Of a DNA stretch of 64,000 nt, positions 34,316-43,965 are shown piece after piece; position 1 is the stretch's first letter; every line of letters starts with the position of its first letter. Source of the stretch: Pristiophorus japonicus (lineage: Eukaryota); contig NC_091986.1 in NCBI RefSeq assembly GCF_044704955.1, forward strand, positions 166,408,001-166,472,000. Reading direction: 5' to 3'. The translations under genes and the position numbers were made by a program. Under the pieces are notes generated by a model. The model had not been told where the DNA came from. It saw only the letters and a list, made by a program, of their open reading frames with translations, and ran no database searches.

Positions 34316-37155
34316 ATAGAAACATAGACATAGAAAATAGGTGCAGGAGCAGGCCATTCAGCCCTTCTAGCCTGCACCGCCATTCAATGAGTTCATGGCT
34401 GAACATGAAACTTCAGTACCCCCTTCCTGCTTTCTCGCCATAACCCTTGATCCCCCTAGTAGTAAGGACTATATCTAACTCCTTTTTGAATATATTTAGT
34501 GAATTGGCCTCAACAACTTTCTGTGGTCGAGAATTCCACAGGTTCACCACTCTCTGGGTGAAGAAGTTTCTCCTCATCTCGGTCCTAAATGGCTTACCCC
34601 TTATCCTCAGACTGTGACCCCTGGTTCTGGACTTCCCCAACATTGGGAACATTCTTCCTGCATCTAACCTGTCTAAACCCGTCAGAATTTTAAACGTTTC
34701 CATGAGGTCCCCTCTCATTCTTCTGAACTCCAGTGAATACAAGCCCAGTTGATCCAGTCTTTCTTGATAGGTCAGTCCCGCCATCCCGGGAATCAGTCTG
34801 GTGAATCTTCGCTGCACTCCCTCAATAGCAAGAATGTCCTTCCTCAAGTTAGGAGACCAAAACTGTACACAATACTCCAGGTGTGGCCTCACCAAGGCCC
34901 TGTACAACTGTAGCAACACCTCCCTGCCCCTGTACTCAAATCCCCTCGCTATGAAGGCCAACATGCCATTTGCTTTCTTAACCGCCTGCTGTACCTGCAT
35001 GCTAACCTTCAATGACTGATGTACCATGACACCCAGGTCTCGTTGCACCTTCCCTTTTCCTAATCTGTCACCATTCAGATAATAGTCTGTCTCTCTGTTT
35101 TTACCACCAAAGTGGATAACCTCACATTTATCCACATTATATTTCATCTGCCATGCATTTGCCCACTCACCTAACCTATCCAAGTCACTCTGCAGCCTAA
35201 TAGCATCCTCCTCGCAGCTCATACTGCCACCCAACTTAGTGTCATCCGCAAATTTGGAGATACTGCATTTAATCCCCTCGTCTAAATCATTAATGTACAA
35301 TGTAAACAGCTGGGGCCCCAGCACAGAACCTTGCGGCACCCCACTAGTCACTGCCTGCCATTCTGAAAAGTACCCGTTTACTCCTACTCTTTGCTTCCTG
35401 TCTGACAACCAGTTCTCAATCCACGTCAGCACACTACCCCCAATCCCATGTGCTTTAACTTTGCACATTAATCTCTTGTGTGGGACCTTGTCGAAAGCCT
35501 TCTGAAAGTCCAAATATACCACATCAACTGGTTCTCCTTTGTCCACTTTACTGGAAACATCCTCAAAAAATTCCAGAAGATTTGTCAAGCATGATTTCCC
35601 TTTCACAAATCCATGCTGACTTGGACCTATCATGTCACCATTTTCCAGATGCACTGCTATGACATCCTTAATAATTGATTCCATCATTTTACCCACTACT
35701 GAGGTCAGGCTGACCGGTCTGTAATTCCCTGTTTTCTCTCTCCATCCTTTTTTAAAAAGTGGGGTTACATTGGCTACCCTCCACTCCATAGGAACTGATC
35801 CAGAGTCAATGGAATGTTGGAAAATGACTGTCAATGCATCCGCTATTTCCAAGGCCACCTCCTTAAGTACTCTGGGATGCAGTCCATCAGGCCCTGGGGA
35901 TTTATCGGCCTTCAATCCCATCAATTTCCCCAACACAATTTCCCGACTAATAAAGATTTCCCTCAGTTCCCCCTCCTTACTAGACCCTCTGACCCCTTTT
36001 ATATCCGGAAGGTTGTTTGTATCCTCTTTAGTGAATACCGAACCAAAGTACTTGTTCAATTGGTCTGCCATTTCTTTATTCCCCGTTATGACTTCCCCTG
36101 ATTCTGACTGCAGGGGACCTACGTTTGTCTTTACTAACCTTTTTCTCTTTACATACCTATAGAAACTTTTGCAATCCGCCTTAATGTTCCCTGCAAGCTT
36201 CTTCTCGTACTCCATTTTCCCTGCCCTAATCAAACCCTTTGTCCTCCTCTGTTGAGTTCTAAATTTCTCCCAGTCCCCAGGTTCACTGCTATTTCTGGCC
36301 AATTTGTATGCCACTTCCTTGGCTTTAATACTATCCCTGATTTCCCTAGATAGCCACAGTTGAGCCACCTTCCCTTTTTTATTTTTACGCCAGACAGGAA
36401 TGTACAATTGTTGTAATTCATCCATGCGGTCTCTAAATGTCTGCCATTGCCCATCCACAGTCAACCCCCTAAGTATCATTCGCCAATCTATCCTAGCCAA
36501 TTCACGCCTCATACCTTCAAAGTTACCCTTCTTTAAGTTCTGGACCATGGTCTCTGAATTTACTGTTTCATTCTCCATCCTAATGCAGAATTCCACCATA
36601 TTATGGTCACTCTTCCCCAAGGGGCCTCGCACAATGAGATTGCTAATTAATCCTCTCTCATTACACAACACTCAGTCTAAGATGGCCTCCCCCCTAGTTG
36701 GTTCCTCAACATATTGGTCTAGAAAACCATCCCTTCTGCACTCCAGGAAATCCTCCTCCACCGTATTGCTTCCAGTTTGGCTAGCCCAATCTATGTGCAT
36801 ATTAAAGTCACCCATTATAACTGCTACACCTTTATTGCATGCACCCCTAATTTCCTATTTGATGCCCTCCCCAACATCCCTATTACTGTTTGGAGGTCTG
36901 TACACAACTCCTACTAACGTTTTTTGCCCTTTGGTGTTCTGCAGCTCTACCCATATAGATTCCACATTATCCAAGCTAATGTCTTTCCTAACTATTGCAT
37001 TAATCTCCTCTTTAACCAGCAATGCTACCCCACCTCCTTTTCCTTTTATTCTATCCTTCCTGAATGTTGAATACCCCTGAATGTTGAGTTCCCAGCCCTG
37101 ATCATCCTGGAGCCACGTCTCCGTAATCCCAATCACATCATATTTGTTAACATCT
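34316..37155 (-). mobile_element. Young CR1 LINE, near-complete ORF2
   Basis: One frame from 37136 to 34413 with only two stops (36855-36857, 36672-36674); APE (ITETW, YRPPN, GDFN, SDH) and RT (FADDTK); (TTCTATGT)-type tail. Confidence 0.96.
34413..36671 (-). CDS. CR1 ORF2 reverse transcriptase (752-aa open part)
   Basis: NYRPVSLTS, QHGF, YLDFQKAFDKVPH, GVPQGSVLGP, KFADDTKL. Confidence 0.9.
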   Translation of the reverse strand: MLCNERGLISNLIVRGPLGKSDHNMVEFCIRMENETVNSETMVQNLKKGNFEGMRRELARIDWRMILRGLTVDGQWQTFRDRMDELQQLYIPVWRKNKKGKVAQLWLSREIRDSIKAKEVAYKLARNSSEPGDWEKFRTQQRRTKGLIRAGKMEYEKKLAGNIKADCKSFYRYVKRKRLVKTNVGPLQSESGEVITGNKEMADQLNKYFGSVFTKEDTNNLPDIKGVRGSSKEGELREIFISREIVLGKLMGLKADKSPGPDGLHPRVLKEVALEIADALTVIFQHSIDSGSVPMEWRVANVTPLFKKGWREKTGNYRPVSLTSVVGKMMESIIKDVIAVHLENGDMIGPSQHGFVKGKSCLTNLLEFFEDVSSKVDKGEPVDVVYLDFQKAFDKVPHKRLMCKVKAHGIGGSVLTWIENWLSDRKQRVGVNGYFSEWQAVTSGVPQGSVLGPQLFTLYINDLDEGIKCSISKFADDTKLGGSMSCEEDAIRLQSDLDRLGEWANAWQMKYNVDKCEVIHFGGKNRETDYYLNGDRLGKGKVQRDLGVMVHQSLKVSMQVQQAVKKANGMLAFIARGFEYRGREVLLQLYRALVRPHLEYCVQFWSPNLRKDILAIEGVQRRFTRLIPGMAGLTYQERLDQLGLYSLEFRRMRGDLMETFKILTGLDRLDAGRMFPMLGKSRTRGHSLRIRGKPFRTEMRRNFFTQRVVNLWNSRPQKVVEANSLNIFKKELDIVLTTRGIKGYGEKAGRGY

Positions 37156-38284
37156 ACGTGTGATCAGAGCCAAGGTGTCAATGTATACCGGTAGGACATT
37201 GCCAAAGGACATTGGGTCCTACAGGGATCATGCTGATGCCAATGGAATCCCCCTGTGGGAGACCCCCAGATCCAGCAGGCTACCTGACCACGTAGCCTGG
37301 ACCTTTGGAACGAATGTGATGCCCCTTGCAGGACACACACACTGGCAGTGGGAGCAGACCCACTACAAGGACAGTGGTCAATGGGCAGCCCAGCCACCAC
37401 CAATGGCAACCTGCACCAGACCAGCCCTACAGTCCCTGGCCACCAGGGCCAACACCAGGAGCATGAGGCCAATACCCTCCAGCTTCCCTGGCAAACCCTG
37501 GGATGACCTGACCCTCATCCCAATTGGTGGACAAGGAGCCCACCCAGTCTTGTGGCCCTGCCCACCACCCCACAACATCAGTGGACAAGGAGGCCACCCA
37601 GTCTTGTGGCCCTGCCCACAACTACCCACATCACAGTGTATACACATCACCCACTGCTGCCGTGGCTACCCCCCCCGAGGGATCCCACAACAGTAACACC
37701 CACATGGTCTGTGTGTGAGGGAGGGGAAACGTATGAGGTCAGCCTCAAGCACAGGGGTCACACCTGGCAACCATACAACCCTCACCACAACCTCCCATAG
37801 CCCACCACTGATCACCTCCCCTGGGCATGACAATAAGGATATGAAAAATGCTTAGGGGAGAAGTGTTGTTGTGTATGCATGCCTGTTTACTGTGTGATGT
37901 CTGTAACACTGTTGTGCAACACTGAATGTACCCTTACACTGTACATGCCTTGCCTGTACACCAGAGGGTGCTGCTGCTGGAGACCTAAGGGTTACCTTCA
38001 CACTGCAGGTAACCCAGTATAAAAAGGTTTGCAGTTGATGGGACCTTTCACTTGCCTCTTGGAGCGCTAAAGTGGAAATTCCCATCAGCTGCAAACCTTT
38101 TTGAGCCTGCAATAATTTTGCACTCCCTGAAGTTATCGCCCTGCCCTGAATGGGTCGGTACACAATTTCTTGACCATGGAATTTCATTTAGATAATTCAC
38201 CTGTCTGTCATCAATTTTTATCCTGAATTTGAAAATCTGTTTTTGTAATCTTTTCTCATTGTGAAACTTCAATTTTTCCCATAT

Positions 38285-38750
38285 ATTACAGATATTCTAA
38301 GATTATGCCTCTTAGTTCTAGTCTCCCCTATGTGTGGAAATATCCTCTCTGCGTCCACCTTGTCGAGCCCCCTCATTATCTTATATGTTTCAATAAGATC
38401 ACCTCTCATTCTTCTGAACTCCAATGAGTATAGGCCCAACCTACTCAGCCTATCTTCATAAGTCAACCCCCTCATCTCCAGAATCAACCTCATGAACCTT
38501 CTCTGAACAGCCTCCAATGCAAGTACATCCTTCCTTAAATACGGAGACCAAAACTGTATGCAGTACTCCAGTTGTCGCCTCACCAATACCTTGTACAGTT
38601 GTAGCAGGACTTCTCTGCTTTTATACTCTATCCTCTTGCAATAAAGGCCAACATTTCAATTGCCTTCCTGATTACTTGCTGTACTTGCATACTAACTTTT
38701 TGTGTTTCATGCACAAGGACCCCCAGATCTGTGAACACTTTTTACGCCAC
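38285..38750 (-). mobile_element. CR1 RT C-terminal fragment
   Basis: LEYCIQFWSPYLRKD..LEAVQRRF..YSLEFRRMRGDLIE. Confidence 0.85.
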
Positions 38751-39025
38751 TTTTACAGATTTTCCACAGCTCTTCCTCCAAAGGTATAGCAGACGAGCAG
38801 GATAACACCTGCAGATATCCACCGCCAAAATTTCTGTCAATGTTACAATGTTCCTTCATTCTAATATATACCTCTAGCTCCCTCATTTTATTGCTAATAT
38901 TTTGCACATCCGCATATAAATCCTGGCACACTCCAATAGGTACACACTGTAGTTTTATCTGATTCTTTCCTTCACTATTTTTCTGCTTAACCTCTTTTCA
39001 ATCTGTCTTAAGATAGGTCTCTGCA

Positions 39026-39385
39026 CCATCATCATCATCATAGGCAGTCCCTCAAAGTGAGGATGACTTGCTTCCACACCAAAAAGGGATGAGTTCACAG
39101 GTGTTTCAATGAAGAACTTAATATTCCAGATCCCGAACTACATCATGAAGGATGTGCGTGGATTTTTTTAACGTGTGGTGGCCGTTGCACACCAGCCATC
39201 ACACGGGTTTGACAGAGCTAGGTCTTGGTCCAGTGGCAAGGATTACCCAAGACTAACTGGAGACCAGCTCTGCTGCACAGACTGAGCGTGCACACATATC
39301 GCATTGTGGGCTGGCCTGTGCTGCTCCTGGGCCCTCGCCTCTTCTGGGCCCCAGATTCACGTCTCTCCTGGGCCCCGGTCACAAC
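39026..39385 (-). mobile_element. Short RTE-tailed element, 5'-truncated copy
   Basis: Same tail and body as 20646-21220. Confidence 0.8.
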
Positions 39386-39454
39386 CCCTATATGTTATAT
39401 ATAAATATATCATTCGCCTTTGATAACTTTCGCGAGTGCTTCTCTTCCTGAAGC

Positions 39455-39633
39455 TGCCTCTGCACCTCTCGCTCCTCCTTTAAGGTGCTACTTAAAACCT
39501 ACCTCTTTGACCAAGCTTTTGATCATCTGTCCTAACGTCTCCTTCTTTAGCTCGGTGTCAATTTTAGTCTGATTACCGTCCCGTAAAGGATGTTTTACTA
39601 TGTTAGAGATGTTATATAAATGCACGATGTTGC
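39455..39633 (+). mobile_element. L2-like 3' end
   Basis: CTTAAAACCTACCTCTTTGACCAAGCTTT ... TATATAAATGCA. Confidence 0.6.
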
Positions 39634-39841
39634 GTGACACTGATCAAAATTGGCCATTTTTGAACCAAAATGAGTGACACCTCACTTGGCTGGTCTGAAT
39701 TTTTGTCAGACTAATTCTGGAATACTTTGACTTTTCTTCCGTTGGAATAATGTGTTAATTCTTAAACCACATTCGAATTGTGATTGTAGAGTCAGTTGGC
39801 CTGTTCTACTCCATCACTTGGTTCAAGGTGTTCTCAATTGA

Positions 39842-39910
39842 CCAATCAGCGCTGCGCCGGAAGTAGCTAGAGGCGCGGTCACGAGGCCGGAAGTTGTCGC
39901 TGAGCAAGCA
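39842..39910 (+). promoter_or_regulatory. POMP CpG-island promoter (CCAAT, two ETS sites, ARE-like motif)
   Basis: CCAAT 39842-39846, CCGGAAGT 39857-39864 and 39887-39894, TGAGCAAGC 39901-39909. Confidence 0.75.
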
Positions 39911-39957
39911 GCAGAGCTGTTGGAGCGGAGGCTAAGGGTGAAAATCGAGAGGTGGAG

Positions 39958-39960
39958 ATG
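39958..39960 (+). CDS. POMP: POMP coding exon 1 (ATG only)
   Basis: gagATG|GTGAGG in a CpG island; supplies the Met for phase-0 exon 2, as in mammalian POMP. Confidence 0.85.
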
Positions 39961-40534
39961 GTGAGGCGCGGAGTTTAAGGGGCCGACCAGAGCTGTCCTG
40001 TCCTGACCTGGTGGGGGGTGGGTGTGAATAGTCTGCAGCTGGCGGAAGAGATGGCGCCTGATATATGTGGGGTGCGTGCTGCTTTCATTTTGATTAGTCA
40101 CCGGGCCGGATGCAGGCTCCGGGCCTGGCCACTGTCACCGTGTTCTGGTCACCTGGCCGCCGACGCTCACCGAGCCACAGGGAGACAAGTGACCCCGAGA
40201 AAGGTTCAACGTTCTGGGGCCGGGAGGGATTCCTGCGAAATGGTTTCGGGTTTGGTTGATGATTCCTTCTGGAACCGGGAGAGCGCCTTCCGAAAGCGAA
40301 ACACTCGTTCACAGAGCCTCTTGGCCGCGTTTTTCATGAACTGGTACATTAAAGTGATGTATCAGCTGAGGATATACGTTATATGATACTACAGTATCCC
40401 GGGCAAAGCTTCATTTTATTTTACTTCAGTACCTGTTTGCTTCAGCAGTACTGTCCTGTTTTCATGGGCTGCAAGATAGGAGCTCAACAAATTGTTATCC
40501 TTTCACAACTTTTGTTGAGACAAACCAAAAGAAA

Positions 40535-40935
40535 AAGGACTTGCATTTGTATAGCGCATTTCAGGAGCTCAAGACGTTTTAAAGTGCTTTACACTTCAAA
40601 AGTATTTAATTGGCTGTAATCGTTCCTGGTAATGTAGGAAACTCGTTGATGGGCATAACAAGATCCCACAAACAGCAATGAGGTAATGACCTTGGTTGAG
40701 GAATAAATGTTGGTCAGAACTGCTCTTTGAAATAGTGCGAATGGGATTTTTTACGCCCATCTGAGAGGGCAGAAGGGACCTTGGTTTAATGTCTCATCTG
40801 AAAGTTGTCACCACCTGCAGTGCAGTGCAGCAGCACTGAGGGAGTGCTGTATTATCAGCCAAGATTTTTTGTGCTCATGTCTGGAATGAGACTTGAACTT
40901 GCTCTGATTCAGAGACGTGACTGCTACCCACAGCT
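40535..40935 (-). mobile_element. Deu-type tRNA SINE, degenerate
   Basis: Colinear with 13203-13577. Confidence 0.7.
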
Positions 40936-40957
40936 GAGGATATATATTGTACTACAC

Positions 40958-41178
40958 TCTGGGTGGTGAACCTGTGGAATTCTCTACCACAGAAGGCTGT
41001 GGAGGTCAAGTCACTGAATATATTTAAGAGGGAGATAGATTTCTAGACACAAGACATCAAGGGGTATGGGGAAAAAGCAGGTATATGGTGTTGAGATAGA
41101 GGATCAGTCATGATCATGTTGAATGGCGGTGCAAACTCAAAGGGCCAAATGGTGGCCTATTGTTCCTATTTTCTATGT
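40958..41178 (+). mobile_element. CR1 3' end
   Basis: GTGGTGAACCTGTGGAATTCTCTACC and CR1 3' UTR. Confidence 0.8.
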
Positions 41179-41999
41179 AATATGACATGGGATATCTGCT
41201 GGACATAGTGACATATTCTCTTAGAAGCAGATTCTGTTTTTTTTTGTAGGGGGAAATTATCCCAAGTACAGTTCTGAGAATTGTGATCCAAAAGATTTAA
41301 TTTAGTATGAGTATGCCAATAACTATTTTCAGTGAGTTCAAATAACAGCATTCCAGTGGCATTTTATAGGAAAGGAAGCCAAATGCATACTTTAAGATCT
41401 CTGACCGTGAATGTAATATGATAGAATGAAAGAAGTTGATGGCATAGAAGGATGACATTTGGCCTATTGTGTCTCTGCTAGCTTTCTACAAAATATTGCT
41501 GGCATTTTAATAAGTATAATTCATCATAAATTGGACTATGTAAGATTCTTTTCCTTCCAGACAGGATTTATTTTTCTATCTGACTTTCCTGAAAGTAGTA
41601 GCTTATATAATTTGATTCCATGGGAAGCAGTCTTCCAGTATTTCAGCCAGGTGATATAGTCTGTGAGAAAGTTCACCCAGCTGGGCCCAATCCTCTTCTC
41701 CCCCAGTGTCCATAAATTCACTGTGGAGATTGCTGAATAAGAATCAGAAGTGGGAACTATAGCTGTTCTATTACCTAAGATGCTAACATCAATTGCAATT
41801 ACCTAAGCTAATTTGACTCAAACCTGGGGCTTCCCTGTTCACTGTCCCATTCCCCATTGCTACTGCAGCATTGAATTTTTTTTTTTAAACTGCAAAATGA
41901 CAATCATTTGGAAGCCCTGGAAGGTAAAAGACTAAAGAATATAAGTATTTGAATTGTCAATCCAATGTAAGTCTAGTTAAAACCTTTCATGATCTCGTG

Positions 42000-43545
42000 C
42001 AGAGGTTCTCAACCTTTTGCTTCCGAGGCCCCCCTCCGTGTTACAAAAATTCCGTGGACCCCCTGTAACACAACACAAGTATTTTCTGTATAAAAATTAG
42101 TTATTAATAACTCTTGCACCTTGCGTAAATAATTTATGATGTCCTAAATTTACATAAGCAAAATAGGTGGATGCTGGAAATCTGCAACCAAAACACACAA
42201 TGCAGGACATATTCAGCAGGTCAGTGGAGAGAAAAACAGTGTTAGTGTTTCAGGTCATTGACCTTTCGTCAGACCTGAAACATTAACTCTGTTTCTCTCC
42301 ATATGTTAACTGACCTGTTGAGTATTTCCAGCATTTTCTGTTTTTATCCTAAATTTACTTTATGCGCCCATTTATTGCCCAAGATCTGCTTCACCCCATC
42401 AACCATTTGCTTAATAGGATATTAATCAGGAACAAGCAGCACATTGCTCACTATAGGCTCATTTATGCGCACGCGGCCGGACTGGACTAAAACTCCATGT
42501 CTTCCATTTCGGGAACAGAACTTCCCTCTTATTTCAAACTCCAACACAGCGGTGAAAGCCAGCGACTTGAGTTAACAGCACCAGTAAGGGCGGAGGCAGA
42601 TGGCACTTGACAGAAATGGAGAAATAAACAAGGCCCTGAGCGATGTTACCCACCCACCTTCATCGCCATAAATCCTTTAGTGACAAAGGTAGTGCCCTCT
42701 TTCCTCCTCCCCAACCCTTTCACAAATAGTCAGCGTCCAGTTTAGGCCTATCCGTCCGTCAGAGAAGCACATGACCATGAATATAAAGCTCGGAGTCTGA
42801 AGTACGAGGAAAATCTTGATAGCGCATTCAGCTATTTTATTAATTTCAATTGAAGGAGAGTGTCTCTCCGGATTCTGATTATTATGACCTTGCCACAGGC
42901 CCGAGATTGGAAAGTATCTTTCTTTCCACCCCACCGTTTCTCCCTCTAAGGATATGTGGCACGCATACTCTCTCCATTGATGGCGCCCCTCTTCATCTCA
43001 AACATCAGTTTAATCAGGGGAAAAAGGTCTCTTTTTAAAATGCGCAAGCGGTTTCCAACCAACACACGGAAACTCTGCACGAGGGGAAAGAAAAGGGTTG
43101 AAAGGAAGGCTTGTGCTACCTCGGCCCACGCAATGCCGAACTAACTCGTGAATTTTCCCACCCTCAATTCAGGTTTTACTCCCCGGAAGAGAACTCCCAC
43201 TATATTATTTAGTAATTAAAAGCCGTGAGTGCTTTATGAACGTGGAAGCGAATGGGGCTGGATCAAAAAATGAGAGATATATTGCTGTAAATGTCAGTGA
43301 CATGTAAAGGGACTTGTCTAATGATACAAATGGTGTCCAAAGGAATGAACCTGAATTGATTGCGCATGCACAGTCTTTGTATTGCTGAGACTGTTCCACT
43401 TGTCTCTATGCAGGGGAGACTACTGATGTTTATGGTATAACATCAGTAGTCCCCCTGTATATTGATGGGACAAACCAACTGGCGGACCTCTGAGAAATCT
43501 TCTCTGACCTCTAAAGGGCCATGGATCTCAGGTTGAGAACCCCTG
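42000..43545. mobile_element. Non-autonomous hAT-Charlie element in POMP intron 1
   Basis: TIRs CAGAGGTTCTCAACCT / AGGTTGAGAACCCCTG; 8-bp TSD ATCTCGTG/ATCTAGTG. Confidence 0.85.
42150..42346. repeat. Palindromic Penelope-like repeat with degenerate hammerhead core
   Basis: Inverted arms; minus strand CTGACGA-A-AGGTC-AAT-GACCT-GAAAC at 42247-42272. Confidence 0.6.
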
Positions 43546-43864
43546 ATCTAGTGCTTATGACTTTGATGTCCCTTAAGACATTCTGTGGGTTGGGGCATGA
43601 ATAGATGGAACATGATTTGCACTGCACCAAGTAGTACGAGTGCTGCTGGCTGCACTTGTTACATTGAAAACCACATTCCATTGATTTATGCTCCAAGATC
43701 TGTACATTAGGAACAAATCTAGTCTATTATAAGTGAAGGGGTTCGCCACTGGAAGATTGGTCTGTACTTGTAGCTTACAACAGGAACAGTGTAATGCTAT
43801 GCAAATATGTTATATTTTCAAATAAAGCCCACTTTTCAGGCAGTTGTAATATTGTTTGTTACAG

Positions 43865-43965
43865 AATAACAGAGGACTTCAATCCCTGCTGAAGGACAGT
43901 GTTCCTGTTGGCGAACTTGCTCCTCATGCAGGACCCTATGGTGTGCATGATACATTGCGTCACGG
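43865..43965 (+). CDS. POMP: POMP exon 2 (NNRGLQSLLKDSVPVGELAPHAGPYGVHDTLRHG)
   Basis: CAG acceptor, GTAAGT donor, 101 nt; matches POMP RGL..LKDS.PV...GP...HD.LR.G. Confidence 0.95.

Larger units (their letters stand above)
32315..38027 (+). mobile_element. Second non-autonomous Gypsy element (gag + partial protease), interrupted by CR1; 3' LTR truncated
   Basis: 5' LTR 32315-32593, PBS TGGCGACGGGA, gag (HEGLLHKLL, CCHC), SDTGAS, PPT near 37853-37865, 3' LTR 37867-38027; no RT or integrase. Confidence 0.88.

Noticed and set aside
36400-37080. 226-aa plus-strand ORF and similar ORFs opposite CR1/RTE/Gypsy genes
   Set aside because: Antisense shadows of retroelement coding frames.
40018-40386. 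122-aa ORF after POMP exon 1
   Set aside because: GC-rich intron 1 sequence with a GTG start and no recognisable motif.
43418-43450. miR-21 (ACTGATGTT resemblance)
   Set aside because: No seed match, it lies inside a hAT element, and miR-21 belongs to the VMP1 locus.
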